NCBI RefSeq assembly: GCF_044324785.1
Contig: NZ_CP172127.1
Reading direction: 5' to 3' (one strand)
DNA length: 64,000 nucleotides
Origin: Escherichia coli
GTDB taxonomy: Bacteria; Pseudomonadota; Gammaproteobacteria; Enterobacterales; Enterobacteriaceae
Positions 1 to 14,569 of the stretch are shown here, piece after piece. Positions within the stretch are counted from its first letter, which is position 1. Each line of letters opens with the position of its first letter. A program made the position numbers and the translations under genes. The notes under the pieces were generated by a model. The model ran no database searches. It was not told where the DNA came from and saw only the letters and a list, made by a program, of their open reading frames with translations.

Positions 1-1701
1 CGCCGCCAGTTCGGCATCGCTTACCTGTAACTGAATGCCACGGTTGGGAATGTCGATAGCGATAAGATCGCCGTCTTCAATCAGACCAATGCTGCCGCCG
101 CTTGCCGCTTCCGGCGAGACGTGGCCGATGGAAAGACCAGAGGTGCCGCCGGAGAAGCGTCCGTCGGTGATCAGCGCGCAGGCTTTACCGAGACCCATTG
201 ATTTCAGGAAGCTGGTTGGGTAGAGCATTTCCTGCATCCCCGGACCGCCTTTCGGGCCTTCGTACCGGATCACCACTACATCGCCAGCGACAACTTTGCC
301 GCCGAGAATCGCTTCTACCGCGTCATCCTGGCTTTCGTACACTTTCGCCGGGCCGGTGAATTTGAGGATGCTGTCATCGACGCCCGCGGTTTTAACAATG
401 CAGCCGTTTTCTGCGAAATTACCGTAGAGCACCGCCAAGCCGCCGTCTTTGCTGTAGGCGTATTCCAGCGAGCGGATACAGCCGTTTGCGCGATCGTCAT
501 CGAGAGAATCCCAACGGCAATCCTGCGAGAATGCCTGTGTAGTACGAATGCCAGCAGGGCCTGCGCGGAACATATTTTTAACCGCGTCATCCTGGGTCAG
601 CATAACGTCGTATTGTTCCAGCGTTTGCGGCAACGTCAGGCCAAGCACGTTTTTCACATCACGGTTCAGTAACCCCGCGCGATCCAGTTCGCCAAGAATA
701 CCGATAACACCACCAGCACGATGAACATCTTCCATATGGTATTTCTGGGTGCTCGGCGCAACTTTACACAGCTGTGGAACCTTGCGGGAGAGCTTATCAA
801 TATCACTCATGGTGAAGTCGATTTCCGCTTCCTGCGCCGCCGCCAGCAGGTGAAGTACCGTGTTGGTAGAGCCGCCCATCGCGATATCCAGCGTCATGGC
901 ATTTTCAAACGCCGCTTTGCTAGCAATATTGCGCGGCAGTGCACTTTCGTCGTTTTGCTCGTAGTAACGTTTGGTCAATTCAACAATGCGTTTACCGGCA
1001 TTGAGGAACAGCTGCTTGCGATCGGCGTGGGTCGCCAGCAGCGAGCCGTTGCCCGGCTGCGACAGGCCCAGTGCTTCGGTCAGGCAATTCATAGAGTTAG
1101 CGGTAAACATCCCGGAGCAAGATCCGCAGGTTGGACAGGCGGAACGTTCAACCTGATCGCTCTGGGAGTCAGAAACTTTCGGGTCTGCGCCCTGGATCAT
1201 CGCATCAACCAGATCGAGCTTAATGATCTGATCGGACAGTTTGGTTTTCCCGGCCTCCATCGGACCGCCGGAAACAAAGATCACCGGAATATTCAGGCGC
1301 AGGGAAGCCATCAGCATCCCCGGGGTGATTTTGTCGCAGTTAGAGATGCAGACCATAGCGTCGGCGCAGTGGGCGTTGACCATATATTCAACGGAATCAG
1401 CGATCAGTTCGCGAGATGGCAGTGAATAAAGCATGCCCCCGTGGCCCATAGCGATCCCATCATCCACCGCAATGGTGTTGAACTCTTTGGCAACGCCGCC
1501 AGCCGCTTCAATTTGTTCGGCGACCAGTTTACCGAGATCGCGCAGATGGACGTGACCCGGTACAAATTGGGTGAACGAGTTCACAACCGCGATAATCGGC
1601 TTACCGAAATCGGCGTCGGTCATTCCGGTGGCGCGCCACAGCGCACGAGCACCCGCCATATTACGACCATGAGTGGTGGTGGCGGAACGGTACTTAGGCA
1701 T
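1..1701 (-). CDS. ilvD: dihydroxy-acid dehydratase, 5-prime 567 codons; C-terminal ~49 codons lie beyond the window start
   Basis: Minus-strand translation starts MPKYRSA at complement of 1699-1701 and reads ...VSDAELAA at the window edge; matches remembered IlvD. Not in ORF track because no stop codon within window. Confidence 0.9.
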   Translation of the reverse strand, partial: MPKYRSATTTHGRNMAGARALWRATGMTDADFGKPIIAVVNSFTQFVPGHVHLRDLGKLVAEQIEAAGGVAKEFNTIAVDDGIAMGHGGMLYSLPSRELIADSVEYMVNAHCADAMVCISNCDKITPGMLMASLRLNIPVIFVSGGPMEAGKTKLSDQIIKLDLVDAMIQGADPKVSDSQSDQVERSACPTCGSCSGMFTANSMNCLTEALGLSQPGNGSLLATHADRKQLFLNAGKRIVELTKRYYEQNDESALPRNIASKAAFENAMTLDIAMGGSTNTVLHLLAAAQEAEIDFTMSDIDKLSRKVPQLCKVAPSTQKYHMEDVHRAGGVIGILGELDRAGLLNRDVKNVLGLTLPQTLEQYDVMLTQDDAVKNMFRAGPAGIRTTQAFSQDCRWDSLDDDRANGCIRSLEYAYSKDGGLAVLYGNFAENGCIVKTAGVDDSILKFTGPAKVYESQDDAVEAILGGKVVAGDVVVIRYEGPKGGPGMQEMLYPTSFLKSMGLGKACALITDGRFSGGTSGLSIGHVSPEAASGGSIGLIEDGDLIAIDIPNRGIQLQVSDAELAA

Positions 1702-1730
1702 ACTTTATTTACTCCCAGTGTCTGTCTCGT

Positions 1731-1762
1731 AAATGGGACGGTGCGTGCCGTCCCATTTTTTG
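1731..1762 (+). terminator. 10-bp perfect stem-loop plus T-run in the ilvE-ilvD intergenic spacer (terminator-like in + orientation only)
   Basis: aatgggacgg / ccgtcccatt inverted repeat followed by tttttt on the + strand; on the minus (ilv) strand it lacks a U-tract. Confidence 0.35.
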
Positions 1763-1765
1763 TAT

Positions 1766-2695
1766 TTATTGATTAACTTGATCTAACCAGCCCCATTTAT
1801 CTTCGGTTTCGCCAGTGAAGAGGCCGAAGAAGGCTTGCTGAATGCGTTTGGTAACCGGGCCACAACGGCCTTCGCCAACCTGAATACCGTCTACGCTGCG
1901 CACTGGCGTGATTTCTGCCGCCGTACCGGACATAAACACTTCATCCGCCAGATACAGGGATTCGCGCGACAGCACCTGCTCACGCACTTCAATTCCCAGC
2001 TCTTTCGCCAGTTTGATGATGGCGTCACGGGTAATACCCGGCAGCGCGGATGAGGTGAACGGTGGGGTGAACAGCACACCGTCTTTCACTTCAAACAGGT
2101 TTTCGCCTGCGCCTTCAGAGATATAACCGTTCACATCCAGCGCGATACCTTCCTGATAACCGTGGCGGCGCGCTTCGCTACCCACCAGCAGGGAAGAGAG
2201 GTAGTTACCACCGGCTTTTGCCGCCGTCGGGATGGTGTTTGGTGCTGCGCGGTTCCAGGAGGAAACCATCGCATCGATCCCCTGCTCCAGCGCTTCTGCG
2301 CCCAGATACGCTCCCCACGGGAAAGCGGCGATAATTACATCGGTTGAGTATCCCGCTGGCGGGTTAACGCCCATACCAACATCACCGACGAAGATCAGCG
2401 GACGGATATAGGCGCTGGTGAGATTGTTTTTGCGGATCACGTCACGACAAGCTTCCATCAGCTCATCAATGCTCTGCGAAACCGGGAAGCGATAGATTTT
2501 GGCGGAGTCATGCAGACGCTGCATATGCTCACGATGGCGGAATACAACCGGTCCTTTGTGCGAGTCGTAGCAACGGATGCCTTCAAAAACCGAGGTGCCA
2601 TAGTGCAGCGCGTGCGACATCACATGCACCTTCGCGTCTTTCCAGCGAACCATCTCCCCATTGAACCAAATGTAATCAGCTTTCTTCGTGGTCAT
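1766..2695 (-). CDS. ilvE: branched-chain amino acid aminotransferase (309 aa)
   Basis: ORF track 1766..2761; true start MTTKKADYIW at 2695 matches remembered IlvE; upstream extension in the track is spurious. Confidence 0.95.
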   Translation of the reverse strand: MTTKKADYIWFNGEMVRWKDAKVHVMSHALHYGTSVFEGIRCYDSHKGPVVFRHREHMQRLHDSAKIYRFPVSQSIDELMEACRDVIRKNNLTSAYIRPLIFVGDVGMGVNPPAGYSTDVIIAAFPWGAYLGAEALEQGIDAMVSSWNRAAPNTIPTAAKAGGNYLSSLLVGSEARRHGYQEGIALDVNGYISEGAGENLFEVKDGVLFTPPFTSSALPGITRDAIIKLAKELGIEVREQVLSRESLYLADEVFMSGTAAEITPVRSVDGIQVGEGRCGPVTKRIQQAFFGLFTGETEDKWGWLDQVNQ

Positions 2696-2714
2696 TTTTA
2701 TATTCCTTTTGCGC

Positions 2715-2978
2715 TCAGGCGCGGATTTGTTGTGATGTGGTTGTGCTCTGGCAGATGGCAACGTGTGCGACGTCCACCAGTTTATTTAACTGACTAAACA
2801 GTAAGTCGACCGACCGTGGGCTGGCAACGGTCAATTCGATATTTATATTTTGTGCATCGCTGGCGGCAGCCATATTCATTGAGCAGACGTGGAAACCACG
2901 ATGACGCACCACGCGTAAAACACGTTCTAAGGTTTCTGGATTGAAGCGAGCCGATACATTGACCTGATGTTGCATCAT
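2715..2978 (-). CDS. ilvM: acetolactate synthase II small subunit (87 aa)
   Basis: ORF track 87 aa [12 protein letters not shown]...; overlaps ilvG stop by 4 bp as in the ilvGM operon. Confidence 0.93.
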   Translation of the reverse strand: MMQHQVNVSARFNPETLERVLRVVRHRGFHVCSMNMAAASDAQNINIELTVASPRSVDLLFSQLNKLVDVAHVAICQSTTTSQQIRA

Positions 2979-4621
2979 GATAATTTCTCCAACATTTCTG
3001 AATTACTGGCACCAGGCGGCACCAGCGGCCAGACATTCTCAAGTTCGTCGATTGAGACATGAAGCAGGTATGGCCCATCACTGTTCAGCATGGTGTCGAG
3101 TGCCGCTTCAACCTGGTCTTTACGGGTGATGTGTTGGCCAGGGATGCCGAAGGCGCTGGCTAACATGAGGAAATCGGGGTTATCAGTAAGGGTGGTTTCG
3201 CTGTATCGTTCCTGAAAAAACAGTTGCTGCCATTGTCGAACCATCCCTAACCGTTGGTTATCGAGTAAGACGATTTTCAACGGTAACTGCTTGCGTTTTA
3301 CGGTGCCCAGCTCTTGCACATTCATCATGAAAGAGCCGTCACCGGAGATACAGACGACGGTATCGTTCGGTCGCGCGACTTGTGCGCCAACCGCCGCTGG
3401 TAAACCAAAACCCATGGTGCCTAAGCCGCTAGAGGTGATGAAATTTTCCGGGCGAGTGTGGGCGATGTGCTGCGCAGCCCACATCTGGTGCTGCCCCACA
3501 TCTGTGGTCACGACGCAATCCGCAGGTTTACGATCCGACAGTTGTTTTAACAACAACGGCGCGTAGATAGCGTCACCGGGATGGTCGTAACGCCAGGAAT
3601 GTTCATCACGCAGCTGCGCGCAGTGTTGCTGCCAGTCATTGATATTTAACGGCTGCTGTAATGCTGGTAACAGAGCATTTAAATCGCCTTGTAATGCCAC
3701 ATGTGCCTGACGCAGCTTGTTCATTTCTGCCGGGTCGATATCCATATGGATAACACTGGCGTGTGGTGCGAAGGTGTTCAGTTTGCCGGTCACCCGGTCA
3801 TCAAAACGTGCACCCACGGCGATCAGCAAGTCGCACTCCTGCACCGCGAAGTTCGCCGCTTTGGTGCCATGCATTCCCAGCATGCCCAGATAGTACGGAT
3901 AATCTGCTTCAACTGCGCCCAGCCCTTTCAGCGTGCAGGTGGCAGGCATTTTTGTGGTAGCGAGAAATTCTCGTAAAGCAGGAACTGCCTGCGCCATACC
4001 TACGCCCCCGCCAACGTACAGCATCGGTTTTTGCGCTTTTGCCAGCATCTGGCGCGCTTGCTCAACTTCGGCATGTGGGAAAGTCACTTCGTTTTCAACG
4101 GTGGTGAACCACGGTTCCAGGTCACCGCTGGCTAGCTGGATATCTTTTGGGATATCGACCAGAACCGGACCAGGACGACCTGAGCTGGCAACGTCGAATG
4201 CTTCAGCCATAATGCGCGGCAACTCTTCAAGCGACTGCACCAGAAAGCTGTGCTTGGTACAGGCTAACGACAATCCCAGGACATCCACTTCCTGAAATGC
4301 GTCAGTGCCGATAAACGGTGCGGACACTTGACCGGTGATGGCAACAACAGGGATGGAATCTAACAGTGCGTCCGCAAGCCCGGTTATCAGGTTGGTTGCG
4401 CCCGGACCAGACGTGGCGATACATACGCCAGTTTTGCCGGTAGCACGGGCATAACCGATAACCGCCATTGCCGCACCCTGCTCATGTCGGCACAGCAAGT
4501 GCTCCACGCCGCCGTCATACAATGCATCGTAAACCGGCATAATTGCGCCACCCGGATAACCGAAAACGGTATTCACACCCTGTGCCCGCAACGCATGTAC
4601 CACCCACTGTGCGCCATTCAT
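2975..4621 (-). CDS. ilvG: acetolactate synthase II large subunit, full length 548 aa (not frameshifted)
   Basis: Single uninterrupted 548-aa [28 protein letters not shown]...; TPP-enzyme signature GDG motif region present. Confidence 0.93.
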   Translation of the reverse strand: MNGAQWVVHALRAQGVNTVFGYPGGAIMPVYDALYDGGVEHLLCRHEQGAAMAVIGYARATGKTGVCIATSGPGATNLITGLADALLDSIPVVAITGQVSAPFIGTDAFQEVDVLGLSLACTKHSFLVQSLEELPRIMAEAFDVASSGRPGPVLVDIPKDIQLASGDLEPWFTTVENEVTFPHAEVEQARQMLAKAQKPMLYVGGGVGMAQAVPALREFLATTKMPATCTLKGLGAVEADYPYYLGMLGMHGTKAANFAVQECDLLIAVGARFDDRVTGKLNTFAPHASVIHMDIDPAEMNKLRQAHVALQGDLNALLPALQQPLNINDWQQHCAQLRDEHSWRYDHPGDAIYAPLLLKQLSDRKPADCVVTTDVGQHQMWAAQHIAHTRPENFITSSGLGTMGFGLPAAVGAQVARPNDTVVCISGDGSFMMNVQELGTVKRKQLPLKIVLLDNQRLGMVRQWQQLFFQERYSETTLTDNPDFLMLASAFGIPGQHITRKDQVEAALDTMLNSDGPYLLHVSIDELENVWPLVPPGASNSEMLEKLS

Positions 4622-4704
4622 AGTTAGTTCCCCGTCCTGAATCTTGAGAAACAGAATTTTGTGCTGTTATTCATTGTCTGCTCCTCGGTTATGTTTTTAA
4701 GGTC

Positions 4705-4740
4705 AAAAAAAACCCCCGGACCTTTCGGTGCGGGGGTCTT
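4705..4740 (-). terminator. ilvGMEDA attenuator terminator hairpin
   Basis: On minus strand: GC-rich hairpin (gacccccgcaccgaaaggtccgggggt) followed by U-run, located between ilvL stop and ilvG start. Confidence 0.8.
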
Positions 4741-4760
4741 AGTTCGTTAAGGCTTGATCT

Positions 4761-4859
4761 CTAAGCCTTTCCTCGTCCAAGTGCAGCCCCGCACGGTGGG
4801 ATAATAATCACCACCACGCTAATCACGACCAGGCTAATCACTCGTAGAAGGGCTGTCAT
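4761..4859 (-). CDS. ilvL: ilv operon leader peptide (32 aa, Ile/Val/Leu-rich)
   Basis: Minus-strand translation MTALLRVISLVVISVVVIIIPPCGAALGRGKA*; below 60-aa track cutoff, read by hand. Confidence 0.9.
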   Translation of the reverse strand: MTALLRVISLVVISVVVIIIPPCGAALGRGKA

Positions 4860-5211
4860 TTTGTCTTTTCTTGCATCTTGTTCGAAGGAATGCCTAAAGA
4901 GTTACCATAGATTTTGCGAATAGCACAAGATATTTTTTGGCCGATTTTTATGATGCGTTTAATAATTTCAATAGAAATTGTTGTTTTTTAAAAAGAAAAT
5001 AGTGAGTGAAAAAAATTCAATTTCAGTATAAATGTTGTTCCCTTCCTCGTAGTTCATCCTTTGTCCGCTGCATTTTTGCGAGCATCATTCCACCGCCAGA
5101 ACAACTCAACTTCACTTGCACAAATAAACAGGAATCAGCCACTAAAATTCACGAATTAGCGGGCTACAGCAGCGATATCTTATGCACATAATGGTGACTC
5201 AAGGAGGGCTT

Positions 5212-6732
5212 ATGTCACTGTCAATTGTTCATACCCGCGCAGCCCTGGGAGTAAATGCGCCCCCGATCACTGTTGAGGTACATATCAGTAAAGGTCTACC
5301 CGGCTTAACGATGGTGGGCTTACCAGAAACAACGGTAAAAGAAGCTCGCGATCACGTGCGCAGCGCCATTATCAATAGCGGATATGAATATCCGGCGAAA
5401 AAAATCACCATCAACCTGGCTCCAGCCGATCTGCCAAAAGAAGGGGGACGATATGATTTACCTATCGCCATTGCGTTGCTGGCGGCCTCAGAACAGCTTA
5501 CAGCCAATAAGTTAGATGAATATGAATTAGTCGGAGAACTGGCGCTTACAGGCGCTCTGCGTGGCGTTCCCGGCGCAATTTCCAGTGCAACTGAAGCTAT
5601 TAAGGCAGGTAGAAAAATTATCGTCGCGAAAGATAACGAAGATGAAGTGGGGCTAATTAACGGTGAAGGATGCCTGATAGCCGATCATCTGCAAGCTGTC
5701 TGTGCGTTTCTGGAAGGTAAGCACACTCTCGAACGCCCGAAACCAACTGATGCAATATCCCGGGCGCTACAACATGATCTCAGTGATGTTGTCGGTCAGG
5801 AGCAAGGAAAGCGAGGACTGGAAATTACCGCCGCTGGTGGGCACAACCTTTTACTGATTGGACCGCCGGGGACAGGTAAAACAATGCTCGCCAGCCGTAT
5901 TAATGGCCTGTTGCCAGATTTAAGCAATGAAGAGGCACTGGAGAGCGCTGCGATATTAAGTCTGGTAAATGCTGAATCAGTACAAAAACAATGGCGGCAG
6001 CGCCCGTTCCGCTCACCTCATCACAGTGCGTCGTTAACTGCGATGGTGGGCGGTGGTGCAATTCCAGGGCCAGGTGAAATTTCGCTGGCGCATAACGGCG
6101 TGCTTTTTCTTGATGAGTTACCTGAATTTGAACGGCGTACACTGGATGCCTTGCGAGAGCCGATTGAATCCGGGCAGATCCATCTTTCACGCACACGAGC
6201 AAAAATAACCTATCCAGCCCGTTTCCAGCTTGTCGCGGCGATGAATCCCAGCCCTACCGGACATTATCAGGGAAACCATAACCGCTGCACGCCAGAACAG
6301 ACATTACGTTATCTCAACCGGCTCTCGGGGCCCTTTCTCGACCGCTTCGATCTCTCACTGGAGATCCCATTACCACCCCCCGGCATTTTGAGTAAAACGG
6401 TAGTGCCGGGAGAAAGCAGCGCCACCGTTAAACAACGCGTAATGGCCGCCAGAGAGCGCCAATTTAAGCGGCAGAATAAACTGAACGCCTGGCTGGATAG
6501 TCCGGAAATACGCCAATTCTGCAAACTTGAGAGCGAAGATGCGATGTGGTTGGAAGGAACACTGATCCATCTGGGGTTATCGATTCGTGCCTGGCAGCGG
6601 TTATTGAAAGTTGCACGAACCATTGCTGATATTGATCAGTCTGACATTATCACACGTCAGCATTTGCAGGAGGCAGTTAGCTATCGTGCGATTGACCGTT
6701 TGCTCATCCATCTGCAAAAACTACTGACATAA
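5212..6732 (+). CDS. comM: Mg-chelatase-like AAA+ ATPase ComM/YifB (506 aa)
   Basis: ORF track 5182..6732; likely start ATG 5212 preceded by aaggaggg; Walker A GPPGTGKT present. Confidence 0.9.
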   Translation: MSLSIVHTRAALGVNAPPITVEVHISKGLPGLTMVGLPETTVKEARDHVRSAIINSGYEYPAKKITINLAPADLPKEGGRYDLPIAIALLAASEQLTANKLDEYELVGELALTGALRGVPGAISSATEAIKAGRKIIVAKDNEDEVGLINGEGCLIADHLQAVCAFLEGKHTLERPKPTDAISRALQHDLSDVVGQEQGKRGLEITAAGGHNLLLIGPPGTGKTMLASRINGLLPDLSNEEALESAAILSLVNAESVQKQWRQRPFRSPHHSASLTAMVGGGAIPGPGEISLAHNGVLFLDELPEFERRTLDALREPIESGQIHLSRTRAKITYPARFQLVAAMNPSPTGHYQGNHNRCTPEQTLRYLNRLSGPFLDRFDLSLEIPLPPPGILSKTVVPGESSATVKQRVMAARERQFKRQNKLNAWLDSPEIRQFCKLESEDAMWLEGTLIHLGLSIRAWQRLLKVARTIADIDQSDIITRQHLQEAVSYRAIDRLLIHLQKLLT

Positions 6733-6759
6733 AAAAAGGGCATTTCGCCCTTTTTATTA
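6731..6759. terminator. bidirectional intrinsic terminator between convergent comM and yifE
   Basis: aaaaaaagggcatttcgccctttttatt: hairpin flanked by A-run and T-run. Confidence 0.7.
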
Positions 6760-7095
6760 ATCGTCAGAATCGGTGTAGTCTTCAGCACCTTCAACCTGCG
6801 GTTTACCGCCGGAAAGGGTGTGAAAACGTTTTGGACGCTTGATACGCGTCATATACTTGGACCACACGCGTTCTGCTTCTGTCACTGGCTCACGTTCGCC
6901 ACGGCATACTGCTACGAAGAGTTTCTCTTCCTCGGTAACCGGCTCGCGTTTGCCAAGATCCAACTCATTGAAGGCATAACCATGACGCTCAAGCAGTTGT
7001 GCCTCTTTGATGGTGAAATCACCATGACGAGAGAATCCACGTGGATAATGTTTATTGTCGAAATATCGATTAGTCGTCGTAAAGCTTTCCGCCAT
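6757..7095 (-). CDS. yifE: conserved protein YifE/MaoP (112 aa)
   Basis: ORF track 112 aa [21 protein letters not shown]...; matches remembered YifE. Confidence 0.88.
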   Translation of the reverse strand: MAESFTTTNRYFDNKHYPRGFSRHGDFTIKEAQLLERHGYAFNELDLGKREPVTEEEKLFVAVCRGEREPVTEAERVWSKYMTRIKRPKRFHTLSGGKPQVEGAEDYTDSDD

Positions 7096-7213
7096 CCTGC
7101 ACGCTCCTAATTCTTTGACCGAGCTAGTTATGGCGCGGAGTATTAGTTACGCTTGACAGAGTGTAAAACAAAACATTTAAATCATAACGACAAATAATTT
7201 TGCGGAGAGCACT

Positions 7214-8053
7214 GTGGATACGGAATTGTTAAAAACTTTCCTGGAAGTTAGCCGAACGCGTCACTTTGGTCGAGCGGCTGAATCGCTCTATCTGACCCAG
7301 TCAGCAGTGAGCTTTCGAATCAGACAACTGGAAAATCAACTGGGTGTGAACCTTTTCACCCGCCACAGAAACAATATCCGTTTAACCGCTGCCGGTGAAA
7401 AACTACTTCCTTACGCAGAAACGCTCATGAGCACCTGGCAGGCCGCCCGTAAGGAGGTGGCGCATACCTCACGACATAACGAGTTTTCTATCGGTGCCAG
7501 CGCCTCGTTGTGGGAATGTATGCTTAATCAGTGGCTGGGACGCTTGTATCAAAATCAGGATGCCCATACAGGTTTACAGTTCGAAGCGCGAATTGCCCAA
7601 CGGCAGTCTCTGGTAAAACAGCTGCATGAACGCCAGCTTGATCTTCTTATTACTACTGAAGCGCCCAAAATGGACGAATTTAGCAGTCAGTTGCTGGGGT
7701 ATTTCACTTTAGCGCTTTATACCAGTGCCCCTTCCAAACTTAAGGGAGATCTTAACTATCTGCGACTGGAATGGGGGCCAGATTTTCAACAGCATGAGGC
7801 AGGTTTGATCGGTGCTGACGAAGTTCCCATTCTGACAACCAGTTCTGCTGAACTGGCACAGCAACAGATTGCGACGCTTAATGGTTGCACCTGGCTACCC
7901 GTCAGTTGGGCGCGTAAAAAGGGCGGCCTGCATACCGTTGTCGATAGCACAACACTTTCACGGCCGCTTTATGCCATATGGCTGCAAAATAGCGATAAAA
8001 ATGCGTTGATTCGCGATCTATTGAAAATTAACGTGCTGGATGAAGTGTATTAA
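7214..8053 (+). CDS. hdfR: LysR-family transcriptional regulator HdfR (279 aa)
   Basis: ORF track 279 aa; N-terminal LysR HTH ([40 protein letters not shown]). Confidence 0.92.
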   Translation: MDTELLKTFLEVSRTRHFGRAAESLYLTQSAVSFRIRQLENQLGVNLFTRHRNNIRLTAAGEKLLPYAETLMSTWQAARKEVAHTSRHNEFSIGASASLWECMLNQWLGRLYQNQDAHTGLQFEARIAQRQSLVKQLHERQLDLLITTEAPKMDEFSSQLLGYFTLALYTSAPSKLKGDLNYLRLEWGPDFQQHEAGLIGADEVPILTTSSAELAQQQIATLNGCTWLPVSWARKKGGLHTVVDSTTLSRPLYAIWLQNSDKNALIRDLLKINVLDEVY

Positions 8054-8111
8054 TCTGAATGGCTGGCAAGGATGCCGGTAGAAGGATTTACTTCGGAGAG
8101 GTTATTTCAGA

Positions 8112-8140
8112 TAAAAAAAATCCTTAGCTTTCGCTAAGGA
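8112..8140 (-). terminator. rrn operon distal terminator (after tRNA-Trp)
   Basis: Hairpin tccttagctttcgctaagga preceded on + strand by A8, i.e. hairpin + U-run on minus strand. Confidence 0.7.
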
Positions 8141-8147
8141 TGATTTC

Positions 8148-8223
8148 TGGCAGGGGCGGAGAGACTCGAACTCCCAACACCCGGTTTTGGAGACCGGTGC
8201 TCTACCAATTGAACTACGCCCCT
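8148..8223 (-). tRNA. trpT: tRNA-Trp (anticodon CCA)
   Basis: Reverse complement reads AGGGGCGTAGTTCAATTGGTAGAGCACCGGTCTCCAAAACCGGGTGTTGGGAGTTCGAGTCTCTCCGCCCCTGCCA. Confidence 0.95.
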
Positions 8224-8231
8224 AATTAGGG

Positions 8232-8308
8232 TGGCGGAACGGACGGGACTCGAACCCGCGACCCCCTGCGTGACAGGCAGGTATTCTAACCGACTGAACT
8301 ACCGCTCC
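8232..8308 (-). tRNA. aspT: tRNA-Asp (anticodon GUC)
   Basis: Reverse complement reads GGAGCGGTAGTTCAGTCGGTTAGAATACCTGCCTGTCACGCAGGGGGTCGCGGGTTCGAGTCCCGTCCGTTCCGCCA. Confidence 0.95.
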
Positions 8309-8360
8309 ACCGAATTCTTTTACAACCACCGGTTTTATGACCGGCTTACTGCTTAATTTG

Positions 8361-8480
8361 ATGCCTGGCAGTTCCCTACTCTCGCATGGGGAGACCCCAC
8401 ACTACCATCGGCGCTACGGCGTTTCACTTCTGAGTTCGGCATGGGGTCAGGTGGGACCACCGCGCTACGGCCGCCAGGCA
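8361..8480 (-). rRNA. rrfC: 5S ribosomal RNA
   Basis: Reverse complement begins TGCCTGGCGGCCGTAGCGCGGTGGTCCCACCTGACCCCATGCCGAACTCAG and ends ...GGGAACTGCCAGGCAT. Confidence 0.96.
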
Positions 8481-8583
8481 AATTCTGTTTCATCAGACCG
8501 CTTCTGCGTTCTGATTTAATCTGTATCAGGCTGAAAATCTTCTCTCAATCCGCCAAAACAGCTTCGGCGTTGTAAGGTTAAGC

Positions 8584-11488
<2,905 letters not shown>

Positions 11489-11671
11489 AAGATGTTTCTT
11501 TCGATTCATCATCGTGTTGCAAAAATTTGAGAGACTCACGAACAACTTTCGTTGTTCAGTGTTTCAATTTTCAGCTTGATCCAGATTTTTAAAGAGCAAA
11601 TATCTCAAACATCACCCGAAGATGAGTTTTGAGATATCAAGGCAGGTGACTTTCACTCACAAACCAGCAAG

Positions 11672-11747
11672 TGGCGTCCCCTAGGGGATTCGAACCCCTG
11701 TTACCGCCGTGAAAGGGCGGTGTCCTGGGCCTCTAGACGAAGGGGAC
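11672..11747 (-). tRNA. gltU: spacer tRNA-Glu (anticodon UUC)
   Basis: Reverse complement GTCCCCTTCGTCTAGAGGCCCAGGACACCGCCCTTTCACGGCGGTAACAGGGGTTCGAATCCCCTAGGGGACGCCA. Confidence 0.95.
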
Positions 11748-11832
11748 GTATCAGTCTGCTTCGCAAGACGCCTTGCTTTTCACTTTCTATCAGACAATCT
11801 GTGTGAGCACTACAAAGAACGCTTCTTTAAGG

Positions 11833-13374
<1,542 letters not shown>

Positions 13375-13506
13375 AAAAGTTTGATGCTCAAAGAATTAAA
13401 CTTCGTAATGAATTACGTGTTCACTCTTGAGACTTGGTATTCATTTTTCGTCTTGCGACGTTAAGAATCCGTATCTTCGAGTGCCCACACAGATTGTCTG
13501 ATAAAT

Positions 13507-13519
13507 TGTTAAAGAGCAG
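13507..13519 (-). promoter_or_regulatory. rrn leader boxA antitermination element
   Basis: Minus-strand TGCTCTTTAACAA in the 16S leader. Confidence 0.75.
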
Positions 13520-13554
13520 TGCCGCTTCGCTTTTTCTCAGCGGCGCGGGGTGTG

Positions 13555-13725
13555 CATAATACGCTTTCCCGCTACAGAGTCAAGCATTTATTTTTGCTTT
13601 CTCTGCCGGAATTCTCAGGAGAACCCCGCTGACCCGGCGGCGTGTTTGCCGTTGTTCCGTGTCAGTGGTGGCGCATTATAGGGAGTTATTCCGGCCTGAC
13701 AAGAGGAAATTTAAAATAATTTTCC
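13555..13725 (-). promoter_or_regulatory. rrn tandem promoters P1 (with A/T-rich UP element) and P2
   Basis: Minus-strand P1 TTGTCA(13696-13701)..TATAAT(13675-13680)+GCGC discriminator; P2 TTGACT(13588-13593)..TATTAT(13565-13570); A/T UP element 13702-13725. Confidence 0.8.
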
Positions 13726-13854
13726 GACCGCGCATTTTTTCAGCAAAAGCCCCGTTAATGTGCCATAAAACAAGCAATTTGCCGTTTTTGCAACCGTAAT
13801 CACACTTCCTGGTGGCATACTAAGGAGGAATAAAAAGAAAAAGGAAGATTAGTA

Positions 13855-14547
13855 ATGCCTTTAAGCGCACAACAGTTAGCTGCACAGAAAAACCTTTCGT
13901 ATGTTCTGGCTGAGAAGCTGGCGCAACGCATCTTAAAAGGTGAATATGAACCCGGCACCATTTTGCCTGGTGAGATTGAGCTGGGCGAGCAATTTGGAGT
14001 GAGTCGTACAGCGGTACGCGAAGCGGTCAAAACGTTAACGGCAAAAGGGATGGTTTTACCGCGACCGCGAATTGGTACCCGGGTCATGCCACAATCAAAC
14101 TGGAATTTTCTTGATCAGGAATTGCTTACCTGGTGGATGACAGAAGAGAACTTTCATCAGGTCATCGATCACTTTCTGGTTATGCGTATCTGTCTGGAGC
14201 CGCAAGCTTGCCTACTGGCAGCAATGGTTGGCACCGCGGAACAGAAGGCGCATCTCAATACGTTAATGGCCGAAATGGCGGCATTAAAAGAGAACTTTCG
14301 CCGTGAACGCTGGATCGAAGTCGATATGGCCTGGCATGAGCATATCTATGAAATGAGCGCCAATCCGTTTTTGACCTCATTCGCCTCGCTCTTCCATTCG
14401 GTTTATCACACTTACTTCACGTCAATTACCAGCGACACAGTGATAAAGCTGGATCTGCATCAGGCGATTGTCGATGCGATTATCCAAAGCGATGGCGACG
14501 CGGCATTTAAAGCTTGTCAGGCGCTGCTACGCTCACCTGATAAGTGA
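13855..14547 (+). CDS. yieP: GntR/FadR-family transcriptional regulator YieP (230 aa)
   Basis: ORF track 230 aa; GntR HTH region (GEIELGEQFGVSRTAVREAVKTLTAKG); strong SD aaggagg upstream. Confidence 0.9.
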   Translation: MPLSAQQLAAQKNLSYVLAEKLAQRILKGEYEPGTILPGEIELGEQFGVSRTAVREAVKTLTAKGMVLPRPRIGTRVMPQSNWNFLDQELLTWWMTEENFHQVIDHFLVMRICLEPQACLLAAMVGTAEQKAHLNTLMAEMAALKENFRRERWIEVDMAWHEHIYEMSANPFLTSFASLFHSVYHTYFTSITSDTVIKLDLHQAIVDAIIQSDGDAAFKACQALLRSPDK

Positions 14548-14569
14548 TAACCCGATAACAGGACATTGA

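Noticed and set aside
721-1425. 234-aa + strand ORF at the window start
   Set aside because: Antisense to ilvD, whose minus-strand frame matches the known protein throughout.
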